In this document: in pieces, positions 29,610 to 39,040 of the stretch | Position numbering within the stretch: position 1 is the first letter of the stretch | Layout: each line of letters opens with the position of its first letter | NCBI GenBank assembly: GCA_038227875.1 | Contig: JBBRPR010000024.1 | Span: forward strand, 1 to 64,000 | Source: Planctomycetota bacterium | Lineage (GTDB): Bacteria > Planctomycetota > SZUA-567 > H5-PLA8 | Length of the DNA: 64,000 nucleotides | Reading direction: 5' to 3' | Position numbers and translations under genes: made by a program | The notes under the pieces: model-generated | The model's database searches: none | What the model was told of the DNA's origin: nothing | What the model saw: only the letters and a program-made list of their open reading frames with translations

Positions 29610-31460
29610 ATGTCAACAGAACGCAATCTCCGTAATATCGCCATCATCGCACACGTCGACCATGGCAAGAGCACACTCGTTGACCATCTTCTGCGGCAGG
29701 CCGGTACCTTCCGCAACAATCAGGAAGTCGTCGACTGCGTCATGGACTCCAATGACCTGGAGCGTGAACGCGGCATCACGATTCTCGCCAAGAACTGCGC
29801 CATCAACTACATGGGCACGCGCATCAACGTGATCGATACGCCCGGGCACAGTGATTTCGGCGGCGAAGTCGAACGCGTGCTGTCGATGGCCGACGGCGTC
29901 TGCCTTCTCGTCGATTCGGCCGAAGGCGTGCTGCCGCAGACAAAATTCGTGCTGCGCAAGGCCTTCAGCCACGGTCTGAAGCCCATCGTCGTGATCAACA
30001 AGATCGACCGCTCCGACGCGCGCCCGCACGACGTCCTGAACCAGGTCTTCGATCTGTTCGTGGAACTCGGCGCCAGCAACGAGCAGTTGAGCTTCCCGCA
30101 CGTCTTCGCCATCGGCCGCCAGGGCCTGGCCAAGCTCGAGATGGAACACGAAGCCAAGGATTTGAAGCCGCTGTTCGACCTGATCATGAGCTACGTGCCG
30201 CCGCCGAAGGGCGATTCCGCCGCGCCGCTGCGCGTGCAGGTTGCCAACATCGACTACAACGATTACGTCGGCCGCATCGCCATTGGCCGCATCACGCAGG
30301 GCACGATCAAGGTCGGCCAGACGTACACGATGATCAGTCAGGACGGCAAGCGCCGCAACGAACGCGTCACCAAGCTGCAGGTGTACGAAGGCCTCGGCCG
30401 CCGCGAAGTGGATTCGGCGGAGTGCGGTGAAATCGTGGCGCTCTCCGGCTTCGAAGTCGTCCACATCGGCGACACGCTGGCGGGCGGAGAAAATCCGGAA
30501 GCGCTGCCGCCGGTGCCGATCGACGAACCGACGCTGACGATGATGTTCATGTCGAACAACAGCCCCTTCAGCGGACAGGAAGGCAAGTTCGTCACCAGCC
30601 GCCAGGTCCGCGACCGCCTGGAAAAGGAAGCACTGCGCAATGTCGCGATGCGTTTCGAACAGACCGACGCGCCCGACGTCTTCAAAGTCGCCGGCCGCGG
30701 GTTGCTCCATCTGGGCGTGTTGATCGAAAACATGCGCCGCGAAGGCTACGAACTGCAGATCAGCAAGCCGCACGTGATCGTGAAGGAAGTCGACGGCAAG
30801 ACGATGGAACCGATCGAAGCGATCGCCGTCGACGTGCCGGAGCCGTTCATGGGCAAGGTGATCGAACTGCTCGGCACGCGCCGCTGCATCATGGAAAACA
30901 TGACGCAGCACCAGGGCCATTGCCATCTGGAGTTCAAGGGCCCCAGCCGCGGACTGATCGGCTTGCGCAACAAGCTGCTCACCGCGACCAAGGGTGAAGC
31001 GGTGCTCCATCACAGCTTCCTGGAATTCGGCGACTACCGCGGCCCGATCGGCGGCCGCGCCAGCGGCGTGATGGTCTGCAGCGAAAGTGGGCAGGTCACG
31101 GGCTTCGCGTTGCAGAATCTCCAGGACCGCGGCGAGTTCTTCGTCGATCCCGGCGAACAGACGTACGAAGGCCAGCTCTGCGGCGAACACTGCAAGGACA
31201 ACGACATCGCCGTGAACGTGGCCAAGGCCAAGCACCTGAACAACATGCGCATGGCCAACAAGGAAAATCTCGACACGCTGAAGTCCAAGCGCACGTTCAC
31301 GCTGGAAGAAGCGCTGGAGTACATTGAAGACGACGAACTGGTCGAAGCGACGCCGAAGTCGATCCGCCTGCGCAAGCGCGTCCTGCAGGAAAAGCTGCGC
31401 ATGAAAGACGAACGCGAACGCGCCGGCCGCGAAAAGGCGAACAGCGAAGTCGTTGCGTAG
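29610..31460 (+). CDS. typA: Translational GTPase TypA/BipA
   Basis: RNIAIIAHVDHGKSTLVD, DTPGHSDFGGEVER, GRGLLHLGVLIENMRREGYE, TPKSIRLRK. Confidence 0.98.
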   Translation: MSTERNLRNIAIIAHVDHGKSTLVDHLLRQAGTFRNNQEVVDCVMDSNDLERERGITILAKNCAINYMGTRINVIDTPGHSDFGGEVERVLSMADGVCLLVDSAEGVLPQTKFVLRKAFSHGLKPIVVINKIDRSDARPHDVLNQVFDLFVELGASNEQLSFPHVFAIGRQGLAKLEMEHEAKDLKPLFDLIMSYVPPPKGDSAAPLRVQVANIDYNDYVGRIAIGRITQGTIKVGQTYTMISQDGKRRNERVTKLQVYEGLGRREVDSAECGEIVALSGFEVVHIGDTLAGGENPEALPPVPIDEPTLTMMFMSNNSPFSGQEGKFVTSRQVRDRLEKEALRNVAMRFEQTDAPDVFKVAGRGLLHLGVLIENMRREGYELQISKPHVIVKEVDGKTMEPIEAIAVDVPEPFMGKVIELLGTRRCIMENMTQHQGHCHLEFKGPSRGLIGLRNKLLTATKGEAVLHHSFLEFGDYRGPIGGRASGVMVCSESGQVTGFALQNLQDRGEFFVDPGEQTYEGQLCGEHCKDNDIAVNVAKAKHLNNMRMANKENLDTLKSKRTFTLEEALEYIEDDELVEATPKSIRLRKRVLQEKLRMKDERERAGREKANSEVVA

Positions 31461-31489
31461 TTTGCAATTTTCAATTTGAAATGAAAGAG

Positions 31490-31520
31490 AGCGCGCCGAT
31501 TGATCGGCGCGCTTTTTTTT
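31490..31520 (+). terminator. Rho-independent terminator of typA
   Basis: AGCGCGCCGAT-tg-ATCGGCGCGCT followed by a T run. Confidence 0.85.
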
Positions 31521-31651
31521 ACAGATGGGATCGGGGATCGGGCACCGGGCATCGGGCGGTGAGTGAGCGGATTTTTATTGCGGGTCGGTAAATTAGAAAT
31601 AACCTATAAATTGTCGCCCGAACGATCAGCCTCTCCATTGGAACGTCACTG

Positions 31652-33256
31652 ATGCGTATCGCCCTATTGTGTTCCGCGCTATTGCTTCCCCTCTCCATTT
31701 TCGCGGCGGACGTGATCGTTGACACCGACGACCTCCTTACGGCCGCAAAGAATAGCATGGAACGGATGAAGAAAGAGACGGCGACGTGGACGGTTGAGAT
31801 CACAGGTGAGAGTGGTAGTTCAACCGTAATTGTTGAAACGGTTAAATCTCCCACAATGAGACGGATCGTCTTGTCCGTCAGGCAAAATAATGACACAGTA
31901 GCCGCGCCCATCATCACAATTATTGTTCGCGACAATAAATGGTACGTGGATGAACTGGGTGGAATCAGCGGCGTGTATCTGCCAGGCCAAGCGCCGTTTC
32001 ATTTACCTATGTCGAACTTGCTTCTCTTCGATGACGTGCAGTGGGTTACCGAGGAGGCGCTTTCGCAGTTGGGGACACCCGTAGAACAAGCGGGGGATGT
32101 GGTCACCTTCCGAGCGCAAATGGACGAGTCGACGACAAAATTCATGAAGGAACAATTGGAAAAGGTAAGCGTCTTAAATTCCAAGTTTGGAACCTCAAAG
32201 AACCGTTCGGAAGAAGTTGATGGATTGAGAAAGATCATGAACAATGGAGTTATTAAGAAGGCAAACATAAAGACGGGAGCAATTATTGAATACGGTACAT
32301 ACAAGAGAATGGCAACGTTTCGTAATTTCAAATTTCTGACCGAACGCAATGACGAATTGTTTAAAGTGGATGGACAGAATTGGGAGGATCATACGTCCGC
32401 TCTGACGGCCGAAGATCTCTCCAATAGTATTTTAGTTAGCCGTTACAATCAGGTGCATGCGAGCGTTGATAAAGGCAGTCTTGCCGAACTTGATATTTGG
32501 AATTTGAAGACGTCCGAAGTGCGACGCATTCCCGCAAGTGCGATGACATGCCCATGGGGTACATTCCAGCGAGACCGAAGCAAGATTATTGCACTCGGAA
32601 TTTCGTTGGAAATGGGGGGAATGTGTGTACGCGAAGTCGATCTTCAGAACGGTTCCAATCGATTTCTCGGCGATTTTTCTCGAGGTTCAATGGTTTTTAG
32701 CCCAGTGGTGTCCCACGATGGGAAGACTCTTGCGCTCGTTCAAATGCTACAGGGTCCCTTGTTGATGGACACGCAGGCCATCCTCATTGACATCAAGTCC
32801 AACGTCGCCACGAAGCTTGGCGAACCACAGGGACTTTTTGGACTCTCGTGGTTGCCTGATGATAAAGGTCTGATCGTTGGCAGACGAATTACTCGCGGAA
32901 AGACCGAGCCGTCGATTGAAACACTTTGCAAAATGGACCTGGATGGCAAGTTGACCGAAATTCGCGACGGCAAGAACCCGCTGGTGCTGAGCGATGGAAA
33001 CTCCATCCTGTTTGAAGACAAAAGCCGAGCGTGGCACATCTGTGATATGGACGGGAAAATTCTGAAAGATATCACCTCTGGAAAATTGCACTACGAGTTT
33101 CAATCGCTGAATCCAAAGGGCGACAAAGTGCTCGGCGTTCGGCGTGGAAAATCGGACGAACTCAGCGAGCCCGTCCAGCTCGATCCCAAGACCGGAGCGA
33201 TTCAACCCCTCACGCCTTTGCCAGCGGGCCTGATCACCCGCGTCATCGGCCAGTAA
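31652..33256 (+). CDS. Secreted protein with C-terminal TolB-like beta-propeller
   Basis: Signal peptide; SPVVSHDGKTLA, SWLPDDKGL, LSDGNSILF; visibly more AT-rich than its neighbours. Confidence 0.75.
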   Translation: MRIALLCSALLLPLSIFAADVIVDTDDLLTAAKNSMERMKKETATWTVEITGESGSSTVIVETVKSPTMRRIVLSVRQNNDTVAAPIITIIVRDNKWYVDELGGISGVYLPGQAPFHLPMSNLLLFDDVQWVTEEALSQLGTPVEQAGDVVTFRAQMDESTTKFMKEQLEKVSVLNSKFGTSKNRSEEVDGLRKIMNNGVIKKANIKTGAIIEYGTYKRMATFRNFKFLTERNDELFKVDGQNWEDHTSALTAEDLSNSILVSRYNQVHASVDKGSLAELDIWNLKTSEVRRIPASAMTCPWGTFQRDRSKIIALGISLEMGGMCVREVDLQNGSNRFLGDFSRGSMVFSPVVSHDGKTLALVQMLQGPLLMDTQAILIDIKSNVATKLGEPQGLFGLSWLPDDKGLIVGRRITRGKTEPSIETLCKMDLDGKLTEIRDGKNPLVLSDGNSILFEDKSRAWHICDMDGKILKDITSGKLHYEFQSLNPKGDKVLGVRRGKSDELSEPVQLDPKTGAIQPLTPLPAGLITRVIGQ

Positions 33257-33404
33257 TCCACGCTCCAACCGCTGCGCAATGTGCCGCGCGCAATTCATTT
33301 TACCTGAACAGAATCATTGACTTATAATTTCCCAGAGGTAAGGTGACTCGGTCACATCGCGGATAGAAACCACGGTTGTTTTACACGGAGCACAGCTATC
33401 GCGC

Positions 33405-34166
33405 ATGCCACCTGAAATCGGATCGGCCTTCCAGACTTCGAACGCAACTTTCCTGAAACTTCAAGACCGCATCGGGTACCTGTTCCAAGATCCGTCCCTG
33501 CTCGAACGCGCGCTGACCCATCCCTCCAGCACGTCGGAAGACAACCGCGACAACGAACGCATGGAGTTCCTCGGCGATTCGGTCGTCAATCTCTGCGTCG
33601 CCCAGGCGCTCTACGAACGCCACCCCGACTGGACGGAAGGCGATCTGACCAAGGTCAAGTCGACGGTCGTCAGCACCACCGGACTGGCCCGGGCAGCCGA
33701 ATCCCTGGGCCTGCGCGATGTCGGGCGCTTCGGCAAAGGTCTGCCGCAGCACGAACCACTGCCGCCCAGCGTCCTGGCCAATCTTTTCGAAGCGGTGACG
33801 GCGGCCGTGTATCTCGACAACGGACTCGACGCGGCGCGCTCGTTTGTGCTCCGCGTGCTTGGGCCGGAGATGCGCGCGGTTGCGGACATCGGAGGCGAAC
33901 CGAATCCCAAATCGATGCTGCAGCACGTGGCTCAGAAAAATTGCGGCATCACGCCCCACTACCGCGTGATCGGCGCGAAGGGCCCCGACCACGACAAGAT
34001 GTTTGAAGTCTCCGCGCAGATCGGCCACCGCACGTTCCCGGCGGGAACGGGGCGGAGCAAGAAGGAAGCCGAGCAGGCCGCCGCGCGCCTGGCGCTCGAA
34101 GCGCTGGAAGCCGAAAGCGCGCTGAGCGCCACGACCCCGGCGCGGATCACGAACGAAGAAGAGTAA
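33405..34166 (+). CDS. rnc: Ribonuclease III
   Basis: ALTHPS, NERMEFLGDSV, dsRBD (GPDHDKMF, GRSKKEAEQAAA). Confidence 0.97.
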   Translation: MPPEIGSAFQTSNATFLKLQDRIGYLFQDPSLLERALTHPSSTSEDNRDNERMEFLGDSVVNLCVAQALYERHPDWTEGDLTKVKSTVVSTTGLARAAESLGLRDVGRFGKGLPQHEPLPPSVLANLFEAVTAAVYLDNGLDAARSFVLRVLGPEMRAVADIGGEPNPKSMLQHVAQKNCGITPHYRVIGAKGPDHDKMFEVSAQIGHRTFPAGTGRSKKEAEQAAARLALEALEAESALSATTPARITNEEE

Positions 34167-34170
34167 CGTT

Positions 34171-34244
34171 TGCAGGCGGGACGCCTGCACCACAATTTAA
34201 AAGCAGCGCCGCCGCATGATTGTGGTGCAGGCGTCCCGCCTGCA
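34171..34244. repeat. REPIN-like inverted doublet (GTGG-TGCAGGCG family)
   Basis: 26-bp perfect inverted repeat tgcaggcgggacgcctgcaccacaat / attgtggtgcaggcgtcccgcctgca. Confidence 0.85.
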
Positions 34245-34262
34245 TGAATCCGGTTGCCAATC

Positions 34263-35033
34263 ATGCCCACTGAAAAAACCATCCTCGTCACCGGCGCCGG
34301 CAGCGGATTGGGCCGCGCGCTCTGTCTGCATTTCGCCGCCGCGGGAATGACGGCCGTCTGCGCCGATCTGAACGGCTCCGCCGCAACGGAGACCGCGCAA
34401 CTCATCACCGCCGCCAAGGGCAAAGCCCGCGCGGTGGAACTGGATGTCACTCGCGAGCCGGACGTCGCGAAAGCGATCCAGGCCCTGCCCGGCGGGCGCG
34501 TCGATGTGCTGATCAATAACGCCGGCATCCAGCACGTCGCGGCGCTCGAAGAATTCCCGCCGGAAAAATGGAGCCTGATGATCGACATCATGCTCAAAGG
34601 CGCCTGCTGGGCCACGCGCGCCGTGCTGCCGGGGATGCGCGAACGGAATTTCGGGCGCATCATCAACATCGGCTCGATCCACAGCCTGATCGCGTCGCCG
34701 TACAAATCCGCGTACACGGCCGCCAAGCACGGGCTGCTCGGTTTTTCGAAAGTGATCGCGCTGGAAACGGGCGACAACGACATCACCATCAACACGATCT
34801 GTCCCAGTTACATTCACACGCCGCTGGTCGACAAGCAGATCAAAGCTCAGGCGGAGAAGCACGGCATCAGCGAAGCGGACGTGATCGACACGATCATGCT
34901 CAAACCGATGCCCAAGCGCGCCTTCATCAGCATGGAAGAGATCACTGGCACCGTCGAATTTCTGATCAGCCCAGCCGCGCGGAACATCACCGGACAGACG
35001 ATCACGCTCGACGGCGGATGGACGGCGCAGTAA
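34263..35033 (+). CDS. bdhA: 3-hydroxybutyrate dehydrogenase (SDR)
   Basis: TGAGSGLG, NNAGIQHVA.LEEFP.EKW, SIHSLIASPYKSAYTAAKHG, DGGWTAQ. Confidence 0.92.
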   Translation: MPTEKTILVTGAGSGLGRALCLHFAAAGMTAVCADLNGSAATETAQLITAAKGKARAVELDVTREPDVAKAIQALPGGRVDVLINNAGIQHVAALEEFPPEKWSLMIDIMLKGACWATRAVLPGMRERNFGRIINIGSIHSLIASPYKSAYTAAKHGLLGFSKVIALETGDNDITINTICPSYIHTPLVDKQIKAQAEKHGISEADVIDTIMLKPMPKRAFISMEEITGTVEFLISPAARNITGQTITLDGGWTAQ

Positions 35034-35057
35034 CGGCTAATTATGAACGATAAATGA

Positions 35058-35097
35058 AACACAGATGCGCGATTCGTTTGAATCGCGCATCTGTGTT
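35058..35097. terminator. Long hairpin between convergent genes, probable bidirectional terminator
   Basis: aacacagatgcgcgattc-gttt-gaatcgcgcatctgtgtt. Confidence 0.7.
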
Positions 35098-35154
35098 CTT
35101 GTTCACTACGCTCCACCGAATAATATTTTCGGATCCATCATTCATAGTTCATAG

Positions 35155-35697
35155 TTAGCGAGCCGAATCCGCATCGTGGTACGTCGCCAGCTGTTCCTGG
35201 CTGAGGATGGAATTCAGGCGGCGTTCAAATTCGACGCTGCCGGTGAAGTTCTTCATCGCTTCGTTGGCGCGGGCCACGTTCTGCTTTTCGTCGTCGCAGT
35301 TGCCGTAGCAGCGTGCGAGGCGGGTTTCGGCCTTGGTCACGGCGTGACGCAGATCCTGCAGATCTTCACGGACCTGTGCTTTGACGTCCTCAATGCGGTC
35401 GATCTGCTTCTGGCTCAGGTTCAAGCGCGGAGCCACGCCGTCGAAGCGCGCCGTGTTGAACGTCGGGTCATCGTTCTTCGCTGCCGGACGGGCCGTGTCG
35501 GAATTCCGCGGCGCATATCCAACCGAGGCCGAGACCACGTGCCGGTCTTCGGAGCTGCTCACGACCGGCGTCTCGCGGACTGCCGTCGAAGCACTGGATG
35601 AACTATTATGCCAGCCGCCGCCACCGCAGGCTGCCTGAGCGCTGCCGATGACTGCCGAAATCAAGAATAGGAATACTGAAGCACTGAGAAATTTCAT
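35155..35697 (-). CDS. Secreted hypothetical protein with helical (Spy/CpxP-like) C-terminus
   Basis: GAGGAG RBS; signal peptide; LNLSQKQ...ILSQEQ motifs. Confidence 0.7.
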   Translation of the reverse strand: MKFLSASVFLFLISAVIGSAQAACGGGGWHNSSSSASTAVRETPVVSSSEDRHVVSASVGYAPRNSDTARPAAKNDDPTFNTARFDGVAPRLNLSQKQIDRIEDVKAQVREDLQDLRHAVTKAETRLARCYGNCDDEKQNVARANEAMKNFTGSVEFERRLNSILSQEQLATYHDADSAR

Positions 35698-35939
35698 GAC
35701 CTGTATCTCCTCGCAACGCCGGGTAAGTGAATGTCGCCAAACTTCTGTGAGGTCAGTGGCAATTGCGGGACCAATACACGTCAATAGGCGTGTTCGCATG
35801 AAGTTCGAGATATTCGGCATATTTTTGGCCGATGATATTCGCTGAATCGTCCGATATCCGGCGAGCAGGCGCGGGCGGTGCCAGAGGCAGTAGGCATTTG
35901 GCCGTGGTAGTTAGGCAGGATTGCGAATGTGCGTCATTG

Positions 35940-36098
35940 GTGCCACGGATGCGCGGTCGCTTGAGCGTAGCGAAAGCGGCTGTTCATCCGTGTGGAGACG
36001 CGCTCTACCGGATGCGCAAAAATCCACGAGTTGGTGAGCCCAACGCACGGATGAACGAATTTCTTCGCTACGCTCAGAAATCCGCGCATCCATGGCAC
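35940..36098. repeat. REPIN-like doublet (GTGC-CACGGATG family with expanded loop)
   Basis: gtgccacggatgcgcgg..tgagcgtagcgaa..gttcatccgtg and its inverted copy at 36046-36098. Confidence 0.75.
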
Positions 36099-36165
36099 AG
36101 GCGCACCAGCCTTCTCTCGCCCAAAGCAATTAACGCACACGACCACTCCGAGCGCCCGCTCTACT

Positions 36166-36200
36166 CTGACCCCTGACCCCTGACCCCTGACCCCTGACCC
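36166..36200 (+). repeat. (CTGACCC)5 heptamer array; half-copy of the element at 43781-44030
   Basis: Five perfect units; flanks match 43956-44042. Confidence 0.85.
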
Positions 36201-36223
36201 CTCGCGCGTCAGCGCGCTAGCGC

Positions 36224-37000
36224 TTAGCGCGCGACGCACTTGCGGCACGGATTCTTCCCGGCTTCCTCGGCCTCGTCCATCGACGCGTACTCATGACGGT
36301 TCTCGGCGCGGATGCGTTTGGCCAGCGGGCAGGTCGCCAGGTGGTAGAGCGAACTGGAGCCGGACGCGCAGTACGGTTTTCCGTTCTTGGTGTCGGCGCG
36401 CACTTTGTCTTCCAGCGACCACAGCCCGGCCTTCTCCTTGCGCGCGGTTTCTTCGAGGTTCTTGAGTTCGCGGTAGTCGTCGGGAGCCAGACCCAGCCCG
36501 AACGAACGCGCGAGACCTTCCTTGATCAGCAGACTGCCGACATCGATCACCGCCGCGCCGGCCTCCGCCCCCGTCACCGTGGCCGGTTGCAACGTCACGC
36601 GCGCGAGAATGCGGCCGTGAATGTCGAACGGGTCTTTGGCCAGCGTCAGTTTCACCTGCTTGCCTTCGACCAGCTCCGCGTTGCGCTGCGTGGCTTCCTG
36701 AGCCATCGGCGCCGCGTCCTTGACGTAATGTCCCATCTCGGGCGCGCGGATGCCGTGGTAACAGACGCGCACGCCGTTTTCGAGAATCACCGAATCGCCA
36801 TCGAGTACTTTCCGCACGCGGTAGAGTCCGCCGTCGGCGATCTGCATGTCGAGCGTCGCGGAGGGATTTTTGGAGATTGGAACCGGGGCAGGGTGGGTGG
36901 GCGCCGTGGACGGCGCGGCCGAAACGTGTTGGTACGCCCCCGCGGCGTAGCCACCGGCAGCTCCGATCAGCACCAGAAACGCGTACAGCAGCACACGCAT
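36224..37000 (-). CDS. Thermonuclease (SNase-like) protein with Ada-type metal-binding C-terminus
   Basis: VLDGDSV, GIRAPE, DIHGRILA, LIKEGLAR, YHLATCP...AGKNPCRKC. Confidence 0.88.
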   Translation of the reverse strand: MRVLLYAFLVLIGAAGGYAAGAYQHVSAAPSTAPTHPAPVPISKNPSATLDMQIADGGLYRVRKVLDGDSVILENGVRVCYHGIRAPEMGHYVKDAAPMAQEATQRNAELVEGKQVKLTLAKDPFDIHGRILARVTLQPATVTGAEAGAAVIDVGSLLIKEGLARSFGLGLAPDDYRELKNLEETARKEKAGLWSLEDKVRADTKNGKPYCASGSSSLYHLATCPLAKRIRAENRHEYASMDEAEEAGKNPCRKCVAR

Positions 37001-37021
37001 TTTCGGCCCTCCGATATTGGT

Positions 37022-37582
37022 TTAGAGATCAGCTTTGAACAGCGCGCGCAGCTTGTCCCAGAGGTCGTCGAGCGAAACGGGAACCGTGCTGGTCGCGCCG
37101 ACGATATGCATGAAGTTGGTGTCGCCGTGCCAGCGCGGCAGCGCGTGCATATGGAGGTGGTGTTCGACGCCCGCGCCCGCGGAGCGGCCGAGATTCATGC
37201 CGACATTGTAGCCTTCCGCATGAACAATCGCATCGATCACGCCGACGGAGCGCCGCGTAAATTCCCAGAGGTATTGGCTCTCTTCAGTCGTGAGCTTGGG
37301 CAAGTCCGCCGTGTGCCGCCGGGGTGCGACGAGCAGGTGGCCGCCGGTGTACGGATAGCGATTCATGATCACCAACCCATGCTCGCCGCGGTGGAGCAGC
37401 AGCATCGCCTTCCACGCCGCTTCATCGCCGTCCGGAAGCGCACTCGCATCGCAAAAGAAACACCCAGGCTTTTTCGGACTGAAAATATAACTGCTCCGCC
37501 ACGGAGAAATAAACGACATGCGTCCGGGAGGTTTGGGCGCCCCCGGAGCTTTCCGCGGCTTTTTAGGCGTGCGCTTGCTCAT
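37022..37582 (-). CDS. HIT family protein (Ap4A phosphorylase-like)
   Basis: SPWRSSYI, MNRYPYTGGHLLVAP, NLGRSAGAG..HHLHMHALPRW.GDTNFM. Confidence 0.92.
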   Translation of the reverse strand: MSKRTPKKPRKAPGAPKPPGRMSFISPWRSSYIFSPKKPGCFFCDASALPDGDEAAWKAMLLLHRGEHGLVIMNRYPYTGGHLLVAPRRHTADLPKLTTEESQYLWEFTRRSVGVIDAIVHAEGYNVGMNLGRSAGAGVEHHLHMHALPRWHGDTNFMHIVGATSTVPVSLDDLWDKLRALFKADL

Positions 37583-37610
37583 CAATATTGTCTCGCCAAG
37601 ACCTACATCT

Positions 37611-37740
37611 TATTCTCACGCAAAGCCGCAAAGACGCAAAGAACAGATTACGGACTGGAGTTAGGCATCGACGACAATCCGATTCCCAAGTCCCAAATCC
37701 GTTGCCGTACTTTGCGACTTAGCGGCTTTGCGTGAGAATA
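37611..37740. repeat. Inverted pair of (CGCAAAGN)3 octamer arrays
   Basis: tattctcacgcaaagccgcaaagacgcaaag ... ctttgcgacttagcggctttgcgtgagaata. Confidence 0.8.
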
Positions 37741-37745
37741 AAACT

Positions 37746-38903
37746 TCACCGCTTCGCGCTGAGCGCCCGGGCCAACGCGGGCGCGAGTTTCACGCCGGCG
37801 GGGGGCCAGGTCGGTTTGCCGGGGATCACGCCGACGACACGGCGGGGCAGCTTGATTTTGAAGTGCGGCTGCTGCGTCTTGGCGACGCCGCTGCGCGGCA
37901 GGTTGTCCTGCGTGTTCCAGTTCGGGCCGCCGTTGAAGACCGTGGGGCGATCGAGTTGCGGTTCGTGAACGCCGGTGGGCGCGACGATCCAGCCGAAGCC
38001 GCCCGATCCGCCAGACGCTCCGGACCCCGGCACGCGTTCGCTGGAGCCGAGCATGCTGTGCATCCAAGAGCCGGCGACGGGACGTCCGCTGAACGACGAG
38101 CCCACGAACGCCATGCTGCTGACCACGCCGAAACTCGCGGCGATGCGCGACGAGCCCAGGAAATTCGAATTGCCGCGCTTCTCGGCTTCCTGATCCTGGC
38201 CCATCAATTTGGCCAGCAGTGCGTTGAGCGCTTCTTCGTCCTCGGGGCGCATGCGCCATTCTTCGTCGATTTCGGCCGACGGTCCCAGCAGGGGCGTGAT
38301 CACGACCTGCGAGACCAGCAGCGTAATCCACTCGCCGTCGGGCGACATCAACGCCAGTTCCACCTGGTAGCGGCCGGGGCCGCCGACTTCGACGTACCAG
38401 TTGCCGATCGACGGATCGATTTCCATGTCGACAGCCACGCCTTCGTTGAGGCGGTAGCAGCGCAGCACCCAGGCGCAGGCGTCGATGAATTCCTGGCCGC
38501 GCGCGTCGCGGACTTCGTTCATGCGGTCGCCGTCGAGTTCCCAATACGTGTAGACAATGCGGGGGTCGCGGGCGAGCGCGACGAGGCGGTCAAATCCGTA
38601 GCGATCCGGCAGGGGCAGCCCGAGATCGACATGGCCGCTGGGCTGAGGCTCTGGTCCTTCATGAACAACCTGCTCATCTTTTTTGGACAGGTTCGACGAG
38701 GCGGTGGACGAGGGTGCCAGCGCGGCGGTGAGCGAAATTAACGGCGCGGCACCCGACGGCGCAGGGATGCGGCGCTTGCCATTGGTATTAATGGAGCGTT
38801 TCGATTGCGGTGCTGACCGAATTTCGGCCGCGACGTTGCGCAGCTCTTCTTCGCCAGACAAGGCCTGCTTCCGCTCGGAATTGAGCGGTTTTCGTTTGCT
38901 CAC
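37746..38903 (-). CDS. DUF4912 domain protein
   Basis: LPDRYG..RLVALARDPRIVYTYWEL...NWYV; GSS-rich tail; GTG 38903 with AAGGGG RBS. Confidence 0.8.
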   Translation of the reverse strand: MSKRKPLNSERKQALSGEEELRNVAAEIRSAPQSKRSINTNGKRRIPAPSGAAPLISLTAALAPSSTASSNLSKKDEQVVHEGPEPQPSGHVDLGLPLPDRYGFDRLVALARDPRIVYTYWELDGDRMNEVRDARGQEFIDACAWVLRCYRLNEGVAVDMEIDPSIGNWYVEVGGPGRYQVELALMSPDGEWITLLVSQVVITPLLGPSAEIDEEWRMRPEDEEALNALLAKLMGQDQEAEKRGNSNFLGSSRIAASFGVVSSMAFVGSSFSGRPVAGSWMHSMLGSSERVPGSGASGGSGGFGWIVAPTGVHEPQLDRPTVFNGGPNWNTQDNLPRSGVAKTQQPHFKIKLPRRVVGVIPGKPTWPPAGVKLAPALARALSAKR

Positions 38904-39040
38904 GGGTGTCCCCCTTGAACGTCCGGCTGCACTCGCGCAATTCCCGCGCCCGTGCCGCCCCACACTCTAAAGAATGCCGTAAGTGGGCGGCACTGTCGAG
39001 ACGCAATCCATAGATTAATGAGAGCTTTACAGAGTGTGCA

